Positions 63,255 through 64,000 of a DNA stretch of 64,000 bases are shown in pieces. Position numbers and translations under genes: made by a program. Below the pieces are notes generated by a model. That model was given only the letters and a program-made list of their open reading frames with translations. It did not search any database and was not told where the DNA came from. Source of the DNA: Callorhinchus milii (lineage: Eukaryota); the NCBI RefSeq assembly GCF_018977255.1, contig NW_024704743.1, positions 20,710,001-20,774,000 of the forward strand, written 5' to 3'. The number at the start of each line of letters is the position of its first letter. Position 1 is the first letter of the stretch.

Positions 63255-64000
63255 AAAAAAATTACATTTATAGAGCGCCTTTCACGTCGGGAGGAATTCC
63301 CAAAGCGCTGAACGGTCAGATGTCGGGGCCCGAGCATGGGGAGGGGTGGTGTAAGGGTGACGGAAGGCAAAGAGGTGGGAGGGAGACCGAAGGTATGGTC
63401 AAAGAGAAGGGTCTTGAGACCAGCCTTGAAGAATGGAAGGGAGGAAGCGAGGTGAAGGAACTATGAGATGGAGTTGCAGAGTGTGGGGGCAGAGAAGCTG
63501 AAATCCCGGCCACCGATGGTAGGGCGGGTCGGGCAGGAGACATGGAGCAGGCCGGAGCCTGATGAACGGTGGGAGCGGGCAGGTTGGTAGGGAGTCAGCA
63601 GGTCAGAGAGGTAGGAGGGGGCAAGACCATGGATGGCCTTAAAGGTGAGGACGAGGATCTTGAACTCGATCCTCTGGGGGATGGGGAGCCAGTGGAGTCG
63701 GGTGAGGGTGGGAGTGATGGGGTCGTGGAGTCTGGTGCGTGAGAGTACACGAGCTGCAGAGTTTTGGATGATCTGCAGCTTGTGAAGAGAAGAATTGGGA
63801 AGGCCGATGAGGAAGGAGTTCCCGTAATCAAGCCTCGAGGTGATAAATGCATTGGTGAGGGTTTCGGCAGCCTGAGGGGTGAGGCAGTGGCAGAGTCTGG
63901 CAATGTTGCAGAGGTGGTGGTAGGTAGTGCCGGTCATGGCGCGGATGTGGGGGAGAAAGGACAGTTCAGGGTCAAACAAGAACCCAGGTTCCTGACTGGC
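63255..64000 (-). mobile_element. L2 3' fragment running off the window edge
   Basis: FDPELSF...AFITSRLDYGN...LHWLPIPQRIEFKIL. Confidence 0.92.

Noticed and set aside
1..64000. CRISPR arrays, operons or prokaryotic defence systems
   Set aside because: Eukaryotic spliced genes; recurring short motifs are dispersed SINE/LINE tails, not regularly spaced repeats.
60973..64000. MSRB2 final exon (C.AHLGHVF...RFCINS)
   Set aside because: Not found in the window; presumably further downstream, so this is not evidence of truncation.

Overview
Vertebrate genomic DNA, most likely from a cartilaginous fish, possibly a holocephalan (inferred from the repeat content: DeuSINE/tRNA-Ala SINEs, L2, CR1 and Penelope relics). 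It carries two + strand intron-containing genes in the conserved ARMC3-MSRB2 order. ARMC3 has 14 coding exons from 12510 to 34777 that splice in frame, but the ~97 N-terminal codons are absent from the window. MSRB2 has exons 1-4 from 41599 to 60972, with the last exon beyond the window. The dominant structure is a ~9.2-kb near-perfect inverted duplication (1547-10738 vs 12457-21652) that copies seven ARMC3 exons head-to-head around a 1.7-kb spacer. The spacer holds a CpG-rich, RFX X-box-containing putative promoter/first exon and two C-rich tracts. The left arm starts at a 25-N gap, so an assembly artefact is at least as likely as a real palindrome. The rest is dense, often nested retroelement debris: a SINE/L2 shared 3' stem-loop, Penelope relics with decayed hammerhead ribozyme cores, a twin-priming-like L2 inversion and several perfect hairpins. 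I find no convincing new protein-coding system. Exon numbering follows my recollection of the human orthologues.
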